Of a DNA stretch of 64,000 nucleotides, positions 50,601 to 64,000 are shown piece after piece. The stretch covers positions 1,178,001 through 1,242,000 of the forward strand of contig CM060731.1 in assembly GCA_030704615.1 (NCBI GenBank). Reading direction: 5' to 3'. The position numbers and the translations under genes are program-made. Positions within the stretch are counted from its first letter, which is position 1, and the number at the start of each line of letters is the position of its first letter. This DNA comes from Takakia lepidozioides. Taxonomy: Eukaryota; Plantae; Bryophyta. Below the pieces are notes generated by a model. It ran no database searches. It saw nothing but the letters and a program-made list of their open reading frames with translations, and had not been told where the DNA came from.

Positions 50601-53600
50601 CCAAGTCTATACCGCTATTCTCAGTTTATGGGTTCAATATGAATCCGTGTTTGTTGTTTTGTTTGTATCCTTGTCTTTTTTGTCTGTTCTGTGGATGAAC
50701 TGACAGGATAGCTTATTTGTTACAGGAGCCAGCAGAAGAATGGAAGCCAGATTGGGATAGTCCAAGCAATATTGTTCTCATGAAGGTTAAGACACTCCTG
50801 TAGTTAGCATGCCTTGTCTGTGAATTTTGTTTATTATTCCCTGGGATGCCAGGGGCTTTTCCTTATAAATGAAAATTATGAGTATCATCTGTAATTTATA
50901 TGAAGAATGATGAAAAAATAGCCACTGATAGTAATACAATGGCTAGCAATGGTGTTACAACTTTGCAGAAATGCTTTCTGTTTGTTGGTCTGATGCCATT
51001 TCCTACATGTTGTGTATCCTTGCAGATTTATGCGCTCAAAATGTTAGTGAAGAGTTTCTTACCAAAGACCAATGCACATCAACGAACAAGGTTGCCGGGG
51101 TTGTTGAAAGTGCTTGGTAAAATACTTGCTGTAGGAGAAATTGCAGAGGACGTAAAATCCAGGTGTGTTTCAAGCATGTCTGTTGGTATACTAACTATAA
51201 TGTCAACATTTAGATATTTTACCTCATGTCATATCTGTACAGCTAAGTTGGAACTGCCTCTCCTGTGGAAAGACTTGTAAGAAGGTGAGGCATGCATGTA
51301 GAGTGTCCTTGGCTGCAGGTTTTCTTCTGCAAATTTGTTTGTCTGGTTTAGATTGAAATTTCCTGGTTGATGGCACAGTGATATGGACAAATCTCATCTA
51401 CGGCTCGCGACAGCTAAGGCAGTATTGCGGTTGGCACGGCGTTGGGATGGCCAGATTCCCATCGATGTTTTCCACATGGTTATTCTGACTGTGCAGGTGT
51501 GCTTCAGTACATAATATCAACTCTGTGTAAATGTGTTGTGTACCATGAGGCAAACTGATCGTTAACCAAACAAAGTAGTCCATTGCAATGTCAATTTGAA
51601 TCATGGGGCATTTCACTTGAAGCCATGCAAGATCTCACTCCAAAGTCTTCTGAAGGAAATGTCTATGGATGTCTGATTCTTCTCTCATTCTCCCCGTGGA
51701 CTCAAAAAGTTTTTTTCTTCCTCAGTATATAAGTCTGGTTTTACTCCGCACATATGTGGATATATGTTTGTTTGCGTTTCTTATGTTATTGTTTTTCCTC
51801 ATGCTGGAGGAGTATAGTAAAAACTTTGTTACATGATGCTGCAGAATCCAGTGGTTCATGTCCGACGGAAATTTTTGTGGAAGGTTCACCAGTATCTAAA
51901 AGATCGCACGCTTCATCAGAAGTATGCCAGTGTGTTTGCTCTCTGTGCCGTGGATCCAGTTAAAGAGAACCTTGCAGAGGTAAGAAGACTGCAACCTACA
52001 ACCTTGGGAGGATGAGAGGAGTTGGCAACAACTCAAAAAGAGCTTCTGTTTCTGTTATTTCTTGTTGGGCATGGGTGCAGCGGACTTGGATTCCTGGCTA
52101 GGGTTTTGACCTGCCGCTTTCTTGAATCTTCATTATAGCTGTGATTCTGAGAACCTGTTTGTTTCCAACCAAGCCTGGAGTTCTTACTTGCATATATTGT
52201 TGCCAAGCCTCATATGCTAGTAGATGTAGGCAGGCAGAAGTTCGATCGGATGGTTGTGATGGTTCATTGTTTCCTTAAGTAGGCCATTGCTTGTCACCAA
52301 GCATGGTTACCTTTTCTATTCTCACTGGTATATGAAGTTAGAGTACAGGACTGGCTCTCCAGCTCCCAGTTTTTAGGCTTATAGGTCCTGACTGAAGGAG
52401 TACTGGGTGGCAGGCTCGACGCTATTTAGCAGATTACATTGACTCCTATCGCAAAGAAGCCCGCAAGGCAGTAACTCGGCAGATTGAGGGGTCAACTATA
52501 ACTCTGCATCCTGAGTATGCACTTACATATTTAGTGCATGTATTGGCTCACCATCCAGGCTTTCCATCACCCTCAGCAGAGATCCCACCTGATGCACTGG
52601 CCTATGAAGCTTTTTACAGGTAATCTTGGTGATTCAGGAAGTGACTTTTGGTTACTTACAATTATGAAGTATGGCAGTTTGCTGTTTTTGAGGATGGCAT
52701 CTCCTGTTGTCTTCATACAGGTCTTCAGTTAAGGTCGAGACATTTGAGGTGGCCCTACATGTTGGGATCACCTCCTGCACTTTAAAAACTTGTAAAAATC
52801 GATGTACTTACATAATACTTCCGATGGAATGCATTAGCTCCCATCAGGCATTCTCCAATGTCCTCAGAGATCCTAATCTAGGAAAAGCTAAAGGAGAGAA
52901 GTGAGGATTGATGGCAGGGAGCTGTTTTTTATCCTGCGTGCACTGGTGCATCAAGAAGGGGACGGCAGGAGCGAGATTGGGAAGAGAGAGGATGTGGATA
53001 ACCTACCAGCACTGTTGGCCATTTTTCGGGCCATAAAAAATTCCAATGATTTGATTGACAAGGATAAAAGTGATGTATGCTATCATATCCTTTTGCATGT
53101 TGGTTTGATTTTTTTTTTAAATGTGGTTCACTGAGCAGAACAAATGTCTCTGTGCTGTATATTAGCACTTTGTGTCAAGGGGCTGAAAGTGTACTAGGTT
53201 AGTGCAATGGATTTTGCTGGCATCTTGTTCACATTAATTGTGGGATTGTGGGATTGTGCGATTCTCTTATGACTTCATTCTTTAATGTCTGTCATTCTTC
53301 TGTTTCTGAAAAGGATTCGTGTGTGGTTGGAAATGGTTGGCTGTACGCAGAATCTATATACCATAAGTGACATTGGAATTTTGATTACAAAAGACATAGG
53401 CCGAAAGAGGCTTTATTCCGGAGAATACCCTGGTGTTATTCCTCTGCCAGTGTCCTTCTATAAGGGTATTGAATGTTCCAAAGGCAGTGAAATTGTTGCC
53501 CCTAAGGTGAGAGTACACAGTTCTAGTTAGTGGTTCCATTTGTAGTTGAATGTGTGTCAGTCTAACAGAGTATGAAACATTCAGATGTTGACGCTAGGCA

Positions 53601-56600
53601 AGCTATCTATCAATTGCTAGCTGGAAAATGATCCATTCTTTTCAATATGTCCAGGTGGATGGAAGTCACTTGCCAGCCAGCTTAACCAATAGCGATGTTC
53701 TGACACGGTTTAAAACTGGAACTTCACGAGTGGCCCAGGTAACTTTCCCTTTCGAAATCTATTGATGCGCAGAGCCAATTTGCTGGCGTGGTACGTACTT
53801 TGAGTTGATCTCCCCACCAGCAATCCTCTGAGGGTGTGGGATGGGGGGGAGTTATGGTAGGCAGTCCTTGCTGACTTGTTGATGTCTTTGGGCGCTGCAT
53901 CATATCTACCTTAGTATGTCTGTAGGGAGGTGCCTACGATATCTGACCTTCCTCAAGGGCATTGGTATTCCAGGCAAGCCAGTGCAGTCTGCCTATAGTT
54001 GTCCTTTTGAGGCTTGCATAGGATTCACATTACGCATCCAACACTATATGTGAACAGAGAGACTTCCTGGCCATCGTAACATCAAATAGGAACACAATTG
54101 CAGCTTAAGTGAAAGCTGTGGTAGTCGTCTGTTGGGCACATGCTGGAGGAACCATCTGGATTGGAGTAAGTACAAGTTGGAATGAACAGGGGACAGCTGA
54201 TTTGTCTGAAATGTAGGGAGCTTGGACAGAGCTGGTCCCAGGTGTCCTAAAACACTAGGGTTCTTACTCTCATGGAACTCTGCTTTATCATGTGGCTATG
54301 GTCCCAGATGTGCATAATTTATATGGAATATTTTGGTGAGCTTCATCGTACCAATTTTTGTTCTTTTGTTGTGTGTCAGCCATCCAGTCCACGGGGTCAC
54401 AAGCGGGGAAAACGAAGCATTGATGGAGGATTTTCGTCTGAAGATGATGGGGAGAAGGAAGATAATAATGAGCCTAATCACAAGAAAAGTAAACACGACC
54501 TTGAGAAAGGAGAGAAAGATGCTGTGGGTACGACAACGGTGCTCAAGGTTGTATCCCGTGGGGCAAAAAGGGCCGGTGACAAGAATGGGTCTGTGAAGCT
54601 AGGCAAGAAGCCCCAAAAGTATAATGCAGAGGAGGATGGAGAAGATGGTCAGGATGGAAGTCCCCCTTCAAAGCGAAAACGTGGACGGCCTAAGAACTGT
54701 AACAACAAAGGAGGCATTGAGGAACTACGTGCAGATAGCAGGCCGGCAGGCCTTTCAACAGACAAGGCACATGTAAATGAGGTGAAGGAAGGGAAGTCAG
54801 CCACCGGTAACCAACGGTCATTGCTAGAGTATGTCCAGAAAAAACCTGGGCGCCCCCCGAAGGCCAAGCCTTTGGTACTTTCTGAGGAAGATGGACAAGA
54901 AGGACATTCTCCTAATAAACAAATGGTGTGTTGCTGCTCACTCGTACTAATTTGTTTTATCTTGCCAATCCTTCTATTCATTATATCGCCCCATATTGGC
55001 TACACTAAAATTGCAATTGAACAGTGATGGGTCAAAATATCAACCAGGCATCTTTGCAACCTCTGCACAAGCTTCAACTGCCATTCCCAATCTTGTCAGG
55101 CTGTTGTCGTATTCCAAGATAGAGTCTTTATGAACTGAAGAGCTGTCTGTTCATCAGTAGAAACATCATGCGATGCTTCTTTTTTGTTTCACCCTTTTAA
55201 GTCTACGACACTGTGTAACTTATTGCAGGGATCTGTGGAAGCTGGCCAGAGCCTTCTTGGTACCCCTAAAAAGCCTTTGAAGAAAGCCAATTTGTCGGCA
55301 ATCGAGAAGGTACTTCTTTCATAGTTTCTGGACATTGTACTGGTATCCCTGCATTAGTTTTCTTGACCTGGTGGTTAGTAGTCTTCACTCTAAGTGAGAA
55401 TGTCTTCCAGTGGTGAGTAGATGCCATTTATGCTACTCCTGCTTCAGTCGATCTGCAGCCTGACCAGAGTAAACTTTTTATTGTCCTGATTTCTGCACTG
55501 TTCAGAGCTGTGTTTTCTCCTTCTGACTACCTTATGTACAGAGCCCTTCTTGGAAGAACGAAGCTGACAGAGTGGGAGATGATAAGCTTGTGGGATGCAG
55601 GCTGAAGGTCTGGTGGCCTCTTGATAAACGGTCAGTACTGCTTGTCACTGAAATGAAACATTTCCTGCATATATAATGTTTAATGCCTTTCACAAGGTTA
55701 GATTCCTGCCTTCCACCTGGAGTCTACAGTTTGACTTAAGTTTCTGCACACTTACGTCCTCTCCACAATGGCACTTGAGGTAGTAGTCTTTTTGTCACTC
55801 TTGGGTATTGGGTTGGTTATTGGGTACTATTTGAAAGCAGATAGATAAGTTTGAGTTGCTTTTGTTAAGTAATCTCTTATGAAAAAGATGTGGCTTCTCA
55901 TGGACATTAGTGGAAAATCCTCAGGAGTTTATCAAACCTTACCTCAGGCATGGGTTAGATCCATGACTTTTACAGACACTTGACCAAAATGAACAATTTT
56001 CCCTTTATTTGCAGTACCTAAGTTCTGGAGATATCCAGGTGCATTTTCGCTAACAACATTGTGTTCATTGGGCTGCTGGGTCAGTTACTACAAAGGAGAG
56101 GTTGTGACTTACGATCTGAAAAAGAAGAAGCATAAGGTATGATGCTGATAGTGTGAGACTGTTATCACTGTTTCCTTATCGGGTTACTTACTAAGTAGAA
56201 GGTGGTATTTTGTCTCATAATCACATGAGGAAGATTGCCCAAGTAGATGTGTCAGTTCTGCTCCTCCTGCTGACAACACTGGAGCAACGGTATGCCAGTC
56301 CAGTCCAGCCCAGTCTAGTCAGCACCTTAGCAACTGCCAGCTATCCTTGTTATGGGAATCTGTTGCAAGGATGATAGTATGTGCAACTTGACCATGCTCT
56401 AGGCAGGTGTGTCATATCCTCTCATGGATTTGGAGTGGATACTATCCTATGTCCATTGCCAGTGGAGGAGAGGCTAAGCTAATCTTCCCAGATTACTTAT
56501 TACTGGAGACATGCATCTAGAAAAGATCAGTCTCTCTCACATCAAGCACAGGCTACATGCTTCCTGTGTGATAGCCTTGTGTCTATGTTCAGCGTAAATG

Positions 56601-59142
56601 CACAAGCCTTTTCCTCTCCCGTCATTGTTAGTTAGTGAACTGAACAGGTCAATGTTGGGCATATTTTCAAGGTGTTGTATGATGATGGAGAGCAAGAGAC
56701 CCTCAATCTGGCCAATGAGCGGTGGGAGCTTATCGATAAGAGTAAACTGCCAAAGAAGGTGAAGGATCTAGATGTTATGCTCAAATTGAGTTGTTTTCAA
56801 AGTTGATGTTCCACAGAGTTTGAAGTCCACTAATCCGCTAGCACATGCCTTGATACAACTCTTAGCAAACAAAAGAGATTGAGGAACTAAAAATGTCTTT
56901 CTTTTGCCAAAATTGTGATTTCTGTTTCTGAATTTTAAACAGGTACCTTTGGAAACACCGTCAACTCCAATGGCAACTCCTTCCAATCAGTATAGCTTCT
57001 TTACCCGCAAGCCTAAAGTTCGTTCATGTGCAGCCGTCTTATCGCTTATCTGGTCTTTGATGGAGTGTCTCCTGCCTATGTCCCTACGCTTCATAAAAGT
57101 GTTTCACCTGATTCCTTACTTTAGCCAGGTCTTTTAACTGTGTCACATGTTTGGTTTGAAATGGAGGATAGCTTGTTCCTTTCTTTTGCATGTACCAGTA
57201 GTCTGTTTGTTGGTCCCTTTTGGTCCATTCCCTTAACCATTTGATTCTGGTTACTTTGTGAACACACAATTTTGTGAAGTGCCCACAGTAAACTGCATCC
57301 CCATTTCTTGTCTCACTGCACTTATTGTTAGTCATTGTGGGGAATCAAAGGCAGCGTCATTTGAAGAATTTAGTCTGAAAACCGTTGGGTTGGGAAGCTG
57401 AGCTTAATCAGAAGGAATGTGTCCCGTCCCAGCCACAGGTTATGTATTAGGTAGCCGGTGTGAGGAGTCAGGTTCCTATTGTAATTTGGGCCCCTGAATA
57501 GTCGAGTCGCACCGGCTACCTGACATAACCGGTTTTAGGATGAGTTGAGCCGTTAGTTTTTTCCCATCTGTGTCGTCCATTCCCTAAAATGCTATGTGCA
57601 TCGTCAGATCAATTGAGCCCTTATTTGACTTGACAGGCTAAAACGGTCACTCTACCTCTGTTCTACCTTGTTAAATGAGGATTAGCAGTCACTTTATGAG
57701 GTCTGCGTTCTGTGGAGTCATTTGAAGGGCGATGACTACAGGTTATAACCAGCGTCCTCAGAGCGAATCAGAGAACACGTTGGCAAGACCCATCCATATG
57801 GTAGGTAGGAAAAATTTGAAGGGCGAAGAATATGGGTTATATCCAGCGTCCTCAAAGCCAATAAAACCATGACACGTCGGCAACACGTCCTAAAACCGGT
57901 TATGAGATGTAGATAATCATGCACAAATTAATGAGAGTTGCTTGAGATGTGGGCTAGTGTTCCTTGAATAGGGTTGAGGTTTAATGCAAACAATCACTTT
58001 TGCGTTATATACACAGAGTCGAAAACAAGCAACCGAAGGACAGCAGTAAGGCTCTGGAATCCAGGGATGAAGTTCCAGGATCTTCTGGTGAATCGTACGT
58101 GCGGCCCCTTCTAGTGGTTCAGATCATAATAGCTTGCTGCTAGAATTTGTTTGCAATCTCACTTGTTGAAAACCAGTGCTTTTGTAGATCATAGTGTGGG
58201 TTTCTCACGCATGGGAGAAGTGTGAATTTGCTTGCAGTCCAAAGCATCCTACAATCTGCACTGATGCAGGCAGGGCACCAGCTCTCTTTAAGGTCTGGTC
58301 TAATCTCCAGCGTTAGTGTTTTTGATACTGGGATGTCAACAGGAAAGGGGACAGATCAGCAAAACCAGTAGGGGAAGGTGGTTCCCAAGGGGCAGGAAGA
58401 GGGTCTTCTCAGGCCAAAGACCATACAGTGACAAATGTGAAGAGCCCGGCAGCCAATATTGCAAGTCCGTTTGAGTTTGATGACGATGACTTGGTCCAAT
58501 CTGCAGGTAACAAGGGTGGTGGGAAGCAAGGTGACCACCGTCAATTTAATCTCTGTTCAAAATGATGGTTTGATAAGTTTACTCATGTTTTGCTGATGTA
58601 GACTGGTTTTAACGTTCTTTGTTTTTTCTGGTGTGGAACAGGCTTGAGTGGGAAGAATGGTAAGCTTAGCTTAGGAAACGTTCCTGTAGCGGATGGGGAA
58701 AGTGATGGTGGTGAGCCTCCAGGAGGCCAATCCTCAGAGGCTACCTTGTCTCCAGTTGCAGCTGGGAACGAAGATGATGACGAGCCCTTGGTCAGTGCCC
58801 TTGCAAGGACTCACAGTATGGGATGACGGGGGGTTACTCCTGCTTTCATTTTTAGTCCCAAGTAGAAAATGCAGAAAGCATAAATCACAAAGATAGGTAG
58901 GATAGAAAGAATAAACAAATTTATGACATCCATGGGAGGCCCAAAGGGCCCAGGGGGAGAGATGTATACTGCCACCTGCAACTGGCACCATAACTTTGCT
59001 GTGGAATCTGAATTCAGGCCTTTTTAGTGGATGGCATCATTAGTGTTGGAAATGGGTGAGAGAGATGGCATCAGGTCAGATAATGGGGTATGTGGTGTGG
59101 GTGCAGGATACCTGGAAAAGCCAGAGAAGAAAGGTGTTTTGA
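41670..59142 (+). CDS. PDS5: Sister chromatid cohesion protein PDS5 (HEAT repeats, AT-hooks, Tudor domain); more than 30 exons
   Basis: Exon 1 41670-41762 ([19 protein letters not shown]), exon 2 42537-42740 ([32 protein letters not shown]), [65 protein letters not shown]-hooks KRGRPK and PGRPPK, Tudor [28 protein letters not shown]. Last exon 59107-59142. GT-AG introns; no disruption noticed. Confidence 0.95.
46393..46578 (-). mobile_element. Isolated chromovirus integrase fragment inside a PDS5 intron
   Basis: [45 protein letters not shown] closely matches the integrase at ~2303-2488. Confidence 0.9.
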
Positions 59143-59649
59143 GCTGTGTTCTCACAGCTCGAGATCCTGATATTTGATTTGTGATATGCTCGCAGTTAGT
59201 CTATCAGTTTTCAGTGTATCCTTGTCGTAATGTGATTGTAGCCTGGTTCTTGGACCTCAGAAAGGACTAGGGCTCAAGGGTGTGCAGAAGCAAAATTATA
59301 TTAGAGTGCATCAGATCCACTCATCAAACTTGAGGCCATTTGCATTGTACCCTTTTAACTGCCTGAAAACCCGGGTTTTCAACCCGACCCAATCCCGACT
59401 TCAACTAACCCTCGGAAGGTATCAGGGAATTTCTGGATGGGTGTGTGCTCAAGCTACTCTTCTTGTTGGCCTTGTGCAATTGTTGTCATTGGCCTTAGAA
59501 CACACCAAGATTGAGCCCCCCTAAATGGGGGTTGGTTTCGAGTGGGGAGCACAACCCACCCGATAATGGTCAATGGGGCTTTATGTTTTTAAACCGCGGT
59601 CCTAGGAGTTATATGTTTCCAAAATTTAAAAAAAAAAGTCGAGATAACT

Positions 59650-61907
59650 CAGGATAGGCGCCCAATTCACAAGAGCCATGATCGGGCATCTGGGAGTAAG
59701 GCCAAAATCCTTCAGCTTATTCTTCCTACCAAACCCCCAAAGCACTCCAGCTTACCAATCCCCAGGGTCATCTCTAGGATAGCTACCAATTCAGTGTTCT
59801 CAATAACATGTCTGAGAATGTGCTGCTCGTTTCCAAATGTGCACCTGATGGGCTGCTCTGCCTTGGAAATCCTGGACGCTCCTCAAGCAACCTGCATCAC
59901 TCCACTAATCTTCAGGAAAGGGAATCCACCCTCCATTCTGGTCACCACCGATGACTTTGAGCTTGTGGAATCCCTGTGGATCACAGCAGCTAACATTAGG
60001 CAATATTTCCAGACATGCCCCCCAGATGGTAACCCAACTACCATGCTCAAGCTCAAAATGCATAGGTACTTCCAGGCCTTCCTCCCTCACTTCTTTTTGG
60101 CATCTTCAACAAAAATTCATTGGGGAGCTTATCTGGAAGAGTTCCCAGGGTTGGGGTGCAAGCCGAACACCCATGTGTTGGCTCTAATGGAAGATGCAGA
60201 GATTTATTTGAACCCAGCCACCCCCCCCCCACCCCCCCCCCCCCCCCCCGGCCGATTGATGCTATCTGGTCATATGAGGAACACCTCTCTCAGCCTGGTG
60301 GGGGTCATAAACTGCAGATTCGGAATCAAGATACTTTGCTGAATGGTTTCCAGCTTCTAGCTGCCCACTTGAGCTCTGAAACAGATGAGGACAACCATCT
60401 GTTGGACATTCAAAGGACCTGGGACCATCTCAATGGAGTCAGGGCCCCTTCCCCATCTCCGGCTTCATCAGAAGAGGACGTTGATTCGGCACTGGAGATT
60501 TCCCCTGCAAAGGCAATACCGACACCACAGGAACCGCCAGCCCAGCGAAGCGATCCTCCCATTGACCTGCCGTCCCCTACTCCACCCATTCAGGTTCCGA
60601 CCTCCCCTATGCCATGCATTATATTTCAAATTCTCTCTAGGGACGTTTATAGATGCTGGCTTTTGTGCTTCAAACCCTTAAATCTTCGAAGAGACCTGGC
60701 AGACATCTTCCTCCTATCCTAAACCTCCCTGCCAATACCCCTCTCGGTAGCCTCAACCTAGAGCCACGGGATATAGAGTCTGCAATCTTCACCTTTCTTT
60801 CCCAATCTGGTCAGCATTGTCTCGTTGTCCATCAATGTAGCCTCCAACGACCAATTCAGCACTCCTCTCGGATTAGTGGGACCCCCAATCTCCTAAGCTA
60901 TTTTTGTCCGGATCCATAAAAAGAGTCCAAAACCTCCCCCCCTCCTTCAGTGGGTTCAAACCCTCCGCCCTTCTGACCGTAGGGTTAAATTTAGCATCAT
61001 CCCCCAAGGGCCATCAAGTGAGATTTCATGTCTCAGCCCTCCCCACCTGGTTAATGATACTTAATGTGTGCTCCTGGAACATTCAGGGCCTGGGCTCTGA
61101 CCAAGCCTCTCTCAAAAGGCTTAAAATTAAGACCTGGCTAGCTCCCTTTATCCAAAACGACTCTATTATCTTCCTTCAAGAACATAAGCTGGATCCTAGG
61201 AAAATCAATGCCTTAAACGATTATCTTTGGCCTATTAATTCTGCTTACTGGAAACCCACATCTGAAGGAACCAAGGGTGGGACTGCTATCCTCCTCTCTC
61301 CTTCATTGCAACCATTAGTTACCTCTAAAGCTTCTTGGATGCCTAGGATTCATGTTTGTGTCCTCTCTCTCCCCAATAGCTCTAGAACCATAGGACTCCT
61401 GAATATTTACGCCCCTAACTCTTCTATTGATAGAAGTGACTTCTGGACCTTTCTTAACAATAAGATGATAGAGGAAGCCTCGGTAGATAGCTGGATCCTT
61501 GCTGGAGATTTCAATATGATCGAAAACCAGGAGGATAGGCGGGGAAATGGAGAATTCTCACCTAATCTGGCCGAGATGGACTGCTGGCTCTCTTGTGTCC
61601 AGAACCACAATCTAATTGAGGTAGTTCCCCCTTCGCAGCAAAGCTCCAATCTCTCATTCACCTGGTCGAACAATAGATCCTTGGGGGACCTCCGAATGGC
61701 CCGTCTTGACAGAGCATATGTCTCTCTCGATCCGGTGCAATGGTCAAAAAGGGGCCACCAAGACCCTATTCCCCTAGGTTTTGATCACGCCCCCATTTCT
61801 CTCTCAGTTTCCATTCCCTCATCACAGAGGAGGGGCCGAGGCCTATATAAACTCAATAGTCTGATCCTCAAGCTCCCCGCTGTCAAACAAGAGCTCCTCA
61901 GTTCCTA
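59650..61907 (+). mobile_element. L1/Tx1-like LINE 5' part: frameshifted ORF1 and ORF2 apurinic endonuclease domain
   Basis: APE motifs SWNIQGL, IIFLQEHK, NIYAPN, WILAGDFN, RLDR and FDH from ~61054. The frame is cut at 61907 by a CACTA end. The left boundary is approximate. Confidence 0.88.
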
Positions 61908-64000
61908 CACTAGTATAGATTAACATTTTTATGACTATGGATATCACTGCATTTGCAGTGATAGGTGCTTTTACGTCTACCTCACTCTACAGTGACAAAC
62001 ACGAAGTCAGTTCTACCATGACTACGGAGTGATAAGTGCGAAGTCATGGTCGTCAGTGAGGACGTGGCATGGGATAGTGATGCAGGGTTTGGTGATGTAG
62101 TCATAACAGAAATAACTACACGACTGTAAGTTATAACTACATCACTACAGCATTGCGCCTACATGGAGAGGCTTGTGCGTGACACGTGGGATCCTTGGGA
62201 TTTGACATGTGTGACCATATGGTACAGTGGACTACACGACTACATGACTACATGTCATGACTAACATGATAACTACATTACTACAGAAGTCCGCCTACAT
62301 GGATAGTTGTCTGCGTGACACACGTAATCCCTCTGCTATGACACGTGTCCAAATCGTGGGATGGAATATAGTGATGAAGGCGTAATTTTATGACTACATT
62401 GTGTGACTACACTGATAACTACATAACTACTCAGTACATCGCTGAGGATGATATGTGACACATTTCCTAAATACATGTATGACTATATTACTATGGGTGT
62501 GACTATATCACTACAACACTACAGATGCCACGTGGTCTTGTTGGAGTATGTGTGAATGACGCGGGTCCAAGGTACTTATGCTCGACGCAACCTTGATACT
62601 GGCCTCTTCCCATAGGTCCATGCTCTCTTTGATATCAACGAAGGCACCCGTAACCTCAACTTCGCTCAATGGAAGCCCATTGCAAGCAGCCTCAAACCTC
62701 CATTCCAAGCTTCGTATTCTTAATCGAACTCTTTTCGCTGGACTTCATTCTTGAAATCATACAAGAATGACATACGAGCAACTTCATGTGAAACTTTCCA
62801 CTCTCACCCACATGATTCCAAGTTGCGTCATGTATCAAACGGGGTCAACTCCCCCGGACGTCAGTCTCGCAATAGCTGCTTCTCAACAAGGGAACATCTC
62901 TTGATAAGCTACACGCTTCCAATTCCTTGGTCTGCGATGGTCACACCTCCTTCACCAATGTTGTAATACCACCCACACCAAGGATAGAGCTTCCACCAAT
63001 CGTTTCCTCGCACTGGCGATGAATGAAGGTTGATGGAGTCCGCCTGCCAAAGGTTGTGTGGGTCTTCGAGTACGTTGAAGCACAAGCAAGAAAACGATCA
63101 AACAACAGTGAGTGCAGCTGTAACCGTCCAGGGCGGGATGACCTGTGTGGAGAGGAGGCAAGGTGTGGATAGACCAAAGCACCTGAGCTCTTTCCGATAT
63201 GGGCGCCACGTGTGACACACCTGCTTTTTGTGCGGAAGCAACGGACCTCAGTTAGATCAGACGTCGGGTGGCCTCACCCATTTGCGTAATCAAATTGAGA
63301 GGCCCCGCAAGTTTTGGGATTCATTAGTCTCGATTCAGCACACGAGCAGATTCACAGTTGGCAGTATTTGGCCGGAGGTATCATTACTCAATTTGGGGAT
63401 GCATTCTGAAGGTTTAGTTTGTTCGATCACACTCTCCTTGCTTCACAATTGACAGTAATTTCCTGGATTAGAATCCAGGCATCAGGAGGCCGGCATGACA
63501 GGGGTGACCAATGCGCCGAGGAAGATAGGATTAGAGAGGACGTTGATGCCTTTGGCAAGAGTGTGGGTCTTGCACAGATGCTTGCAGAAGCTGAAGATGC
63601 AAATTGCGAGGTAGGACTCAGCCCCAAGCGGTGTTTACGGGTATCTGCAATTTAGGATGAAGCTCCAAGGGAACGTCCTATGGAGGCCCCTTTGGATCAT
63701 TTTGTTCATTCTGTTGTTATTTTGGGGCGGAGAGTTTTTCTCGGGGAGATGCAGGTTGAGCTGGAGCGAAGGAATACTTGTTATGACTAGGGTTTCCCGT
63801 AAGAACCACCCTATCTCTTACTTATTTTGGGGAAGTAGAGTATTAGTCCAACATGATGAGAGGAGCGACAGCGAAGATCAGAGACGCAGTGAGACCCCGG
63901 GTCAGTGCGAGCAGACAAATTCAAACAAGCCAGAAATATCGGGCAACTCTCCTCCCTGTGTTGAAGATCCCTCCACTCTGAGGACTCGTCCCACTGCGTT
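61908..64000. mobile_element. Left end of a CACTA element inserted into LINE ORF2; continues off the right edge
   Basis: CACTAGTATAGATT at 61908, followed by ~600 bp of ATGACTA/ACTACA/TAGTCAT subterminal repeats. The partner TIR is not in the window. Confidence 0.7.

Noticed and set aside
62511-63655. Transposase or other gene within the last CACTA end
   Set aside because: Only short ORFs with no motif I can recognise, so it is left uncalled.

Overview
Eukaryotic, intron-rich land-plant DNA, probably from a non-seed plant (inferred from PLS-type PPR repeats, a plant-type PDS5 with a Tudor domain, and CACTA/Ty3 elements). The first ~41 kb is a nest of decayed mobile elements: a Ty3/Gypsy chromovirus (5' LTR, PBS, gag-pol-chromodomain), LINE fragments, a non-chromovirus Ty3/Gypsy with an extra 3' ORF and an internal duplication, a CACTA element carrying an amplified PPR pseudogene array, and further CACTA ends. 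An apparently intact multi-exon PDS5 gene spans 41.7-59.1 kb, followed by an L1-like LINE interrupted by a CACTA end. The standout is two divergent, head-to-head, spliced pseudogene copies (about 9.96-16.25 kb on -, 25.36-29.22 kb on +) encoding an N-terminal ParB/Srx-like domain (WDGNHRL), an unknown middle region and a C-terminal beta-class N6A/N4C DNA-methyltransferase fold, an architecture typical of phages. Each copy carries its own family of long palindromes sharing a CGG(T/C)ACCG core and ends in a conserved stem-loop terminus. A third such palindrome array lies at 1-701 and a third terminus at ~40.5 kb. This suggests an unclassified plant mobile element family with a ParB-methyltransferase and cognate parS-like sites. 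No transposase for it is visible.
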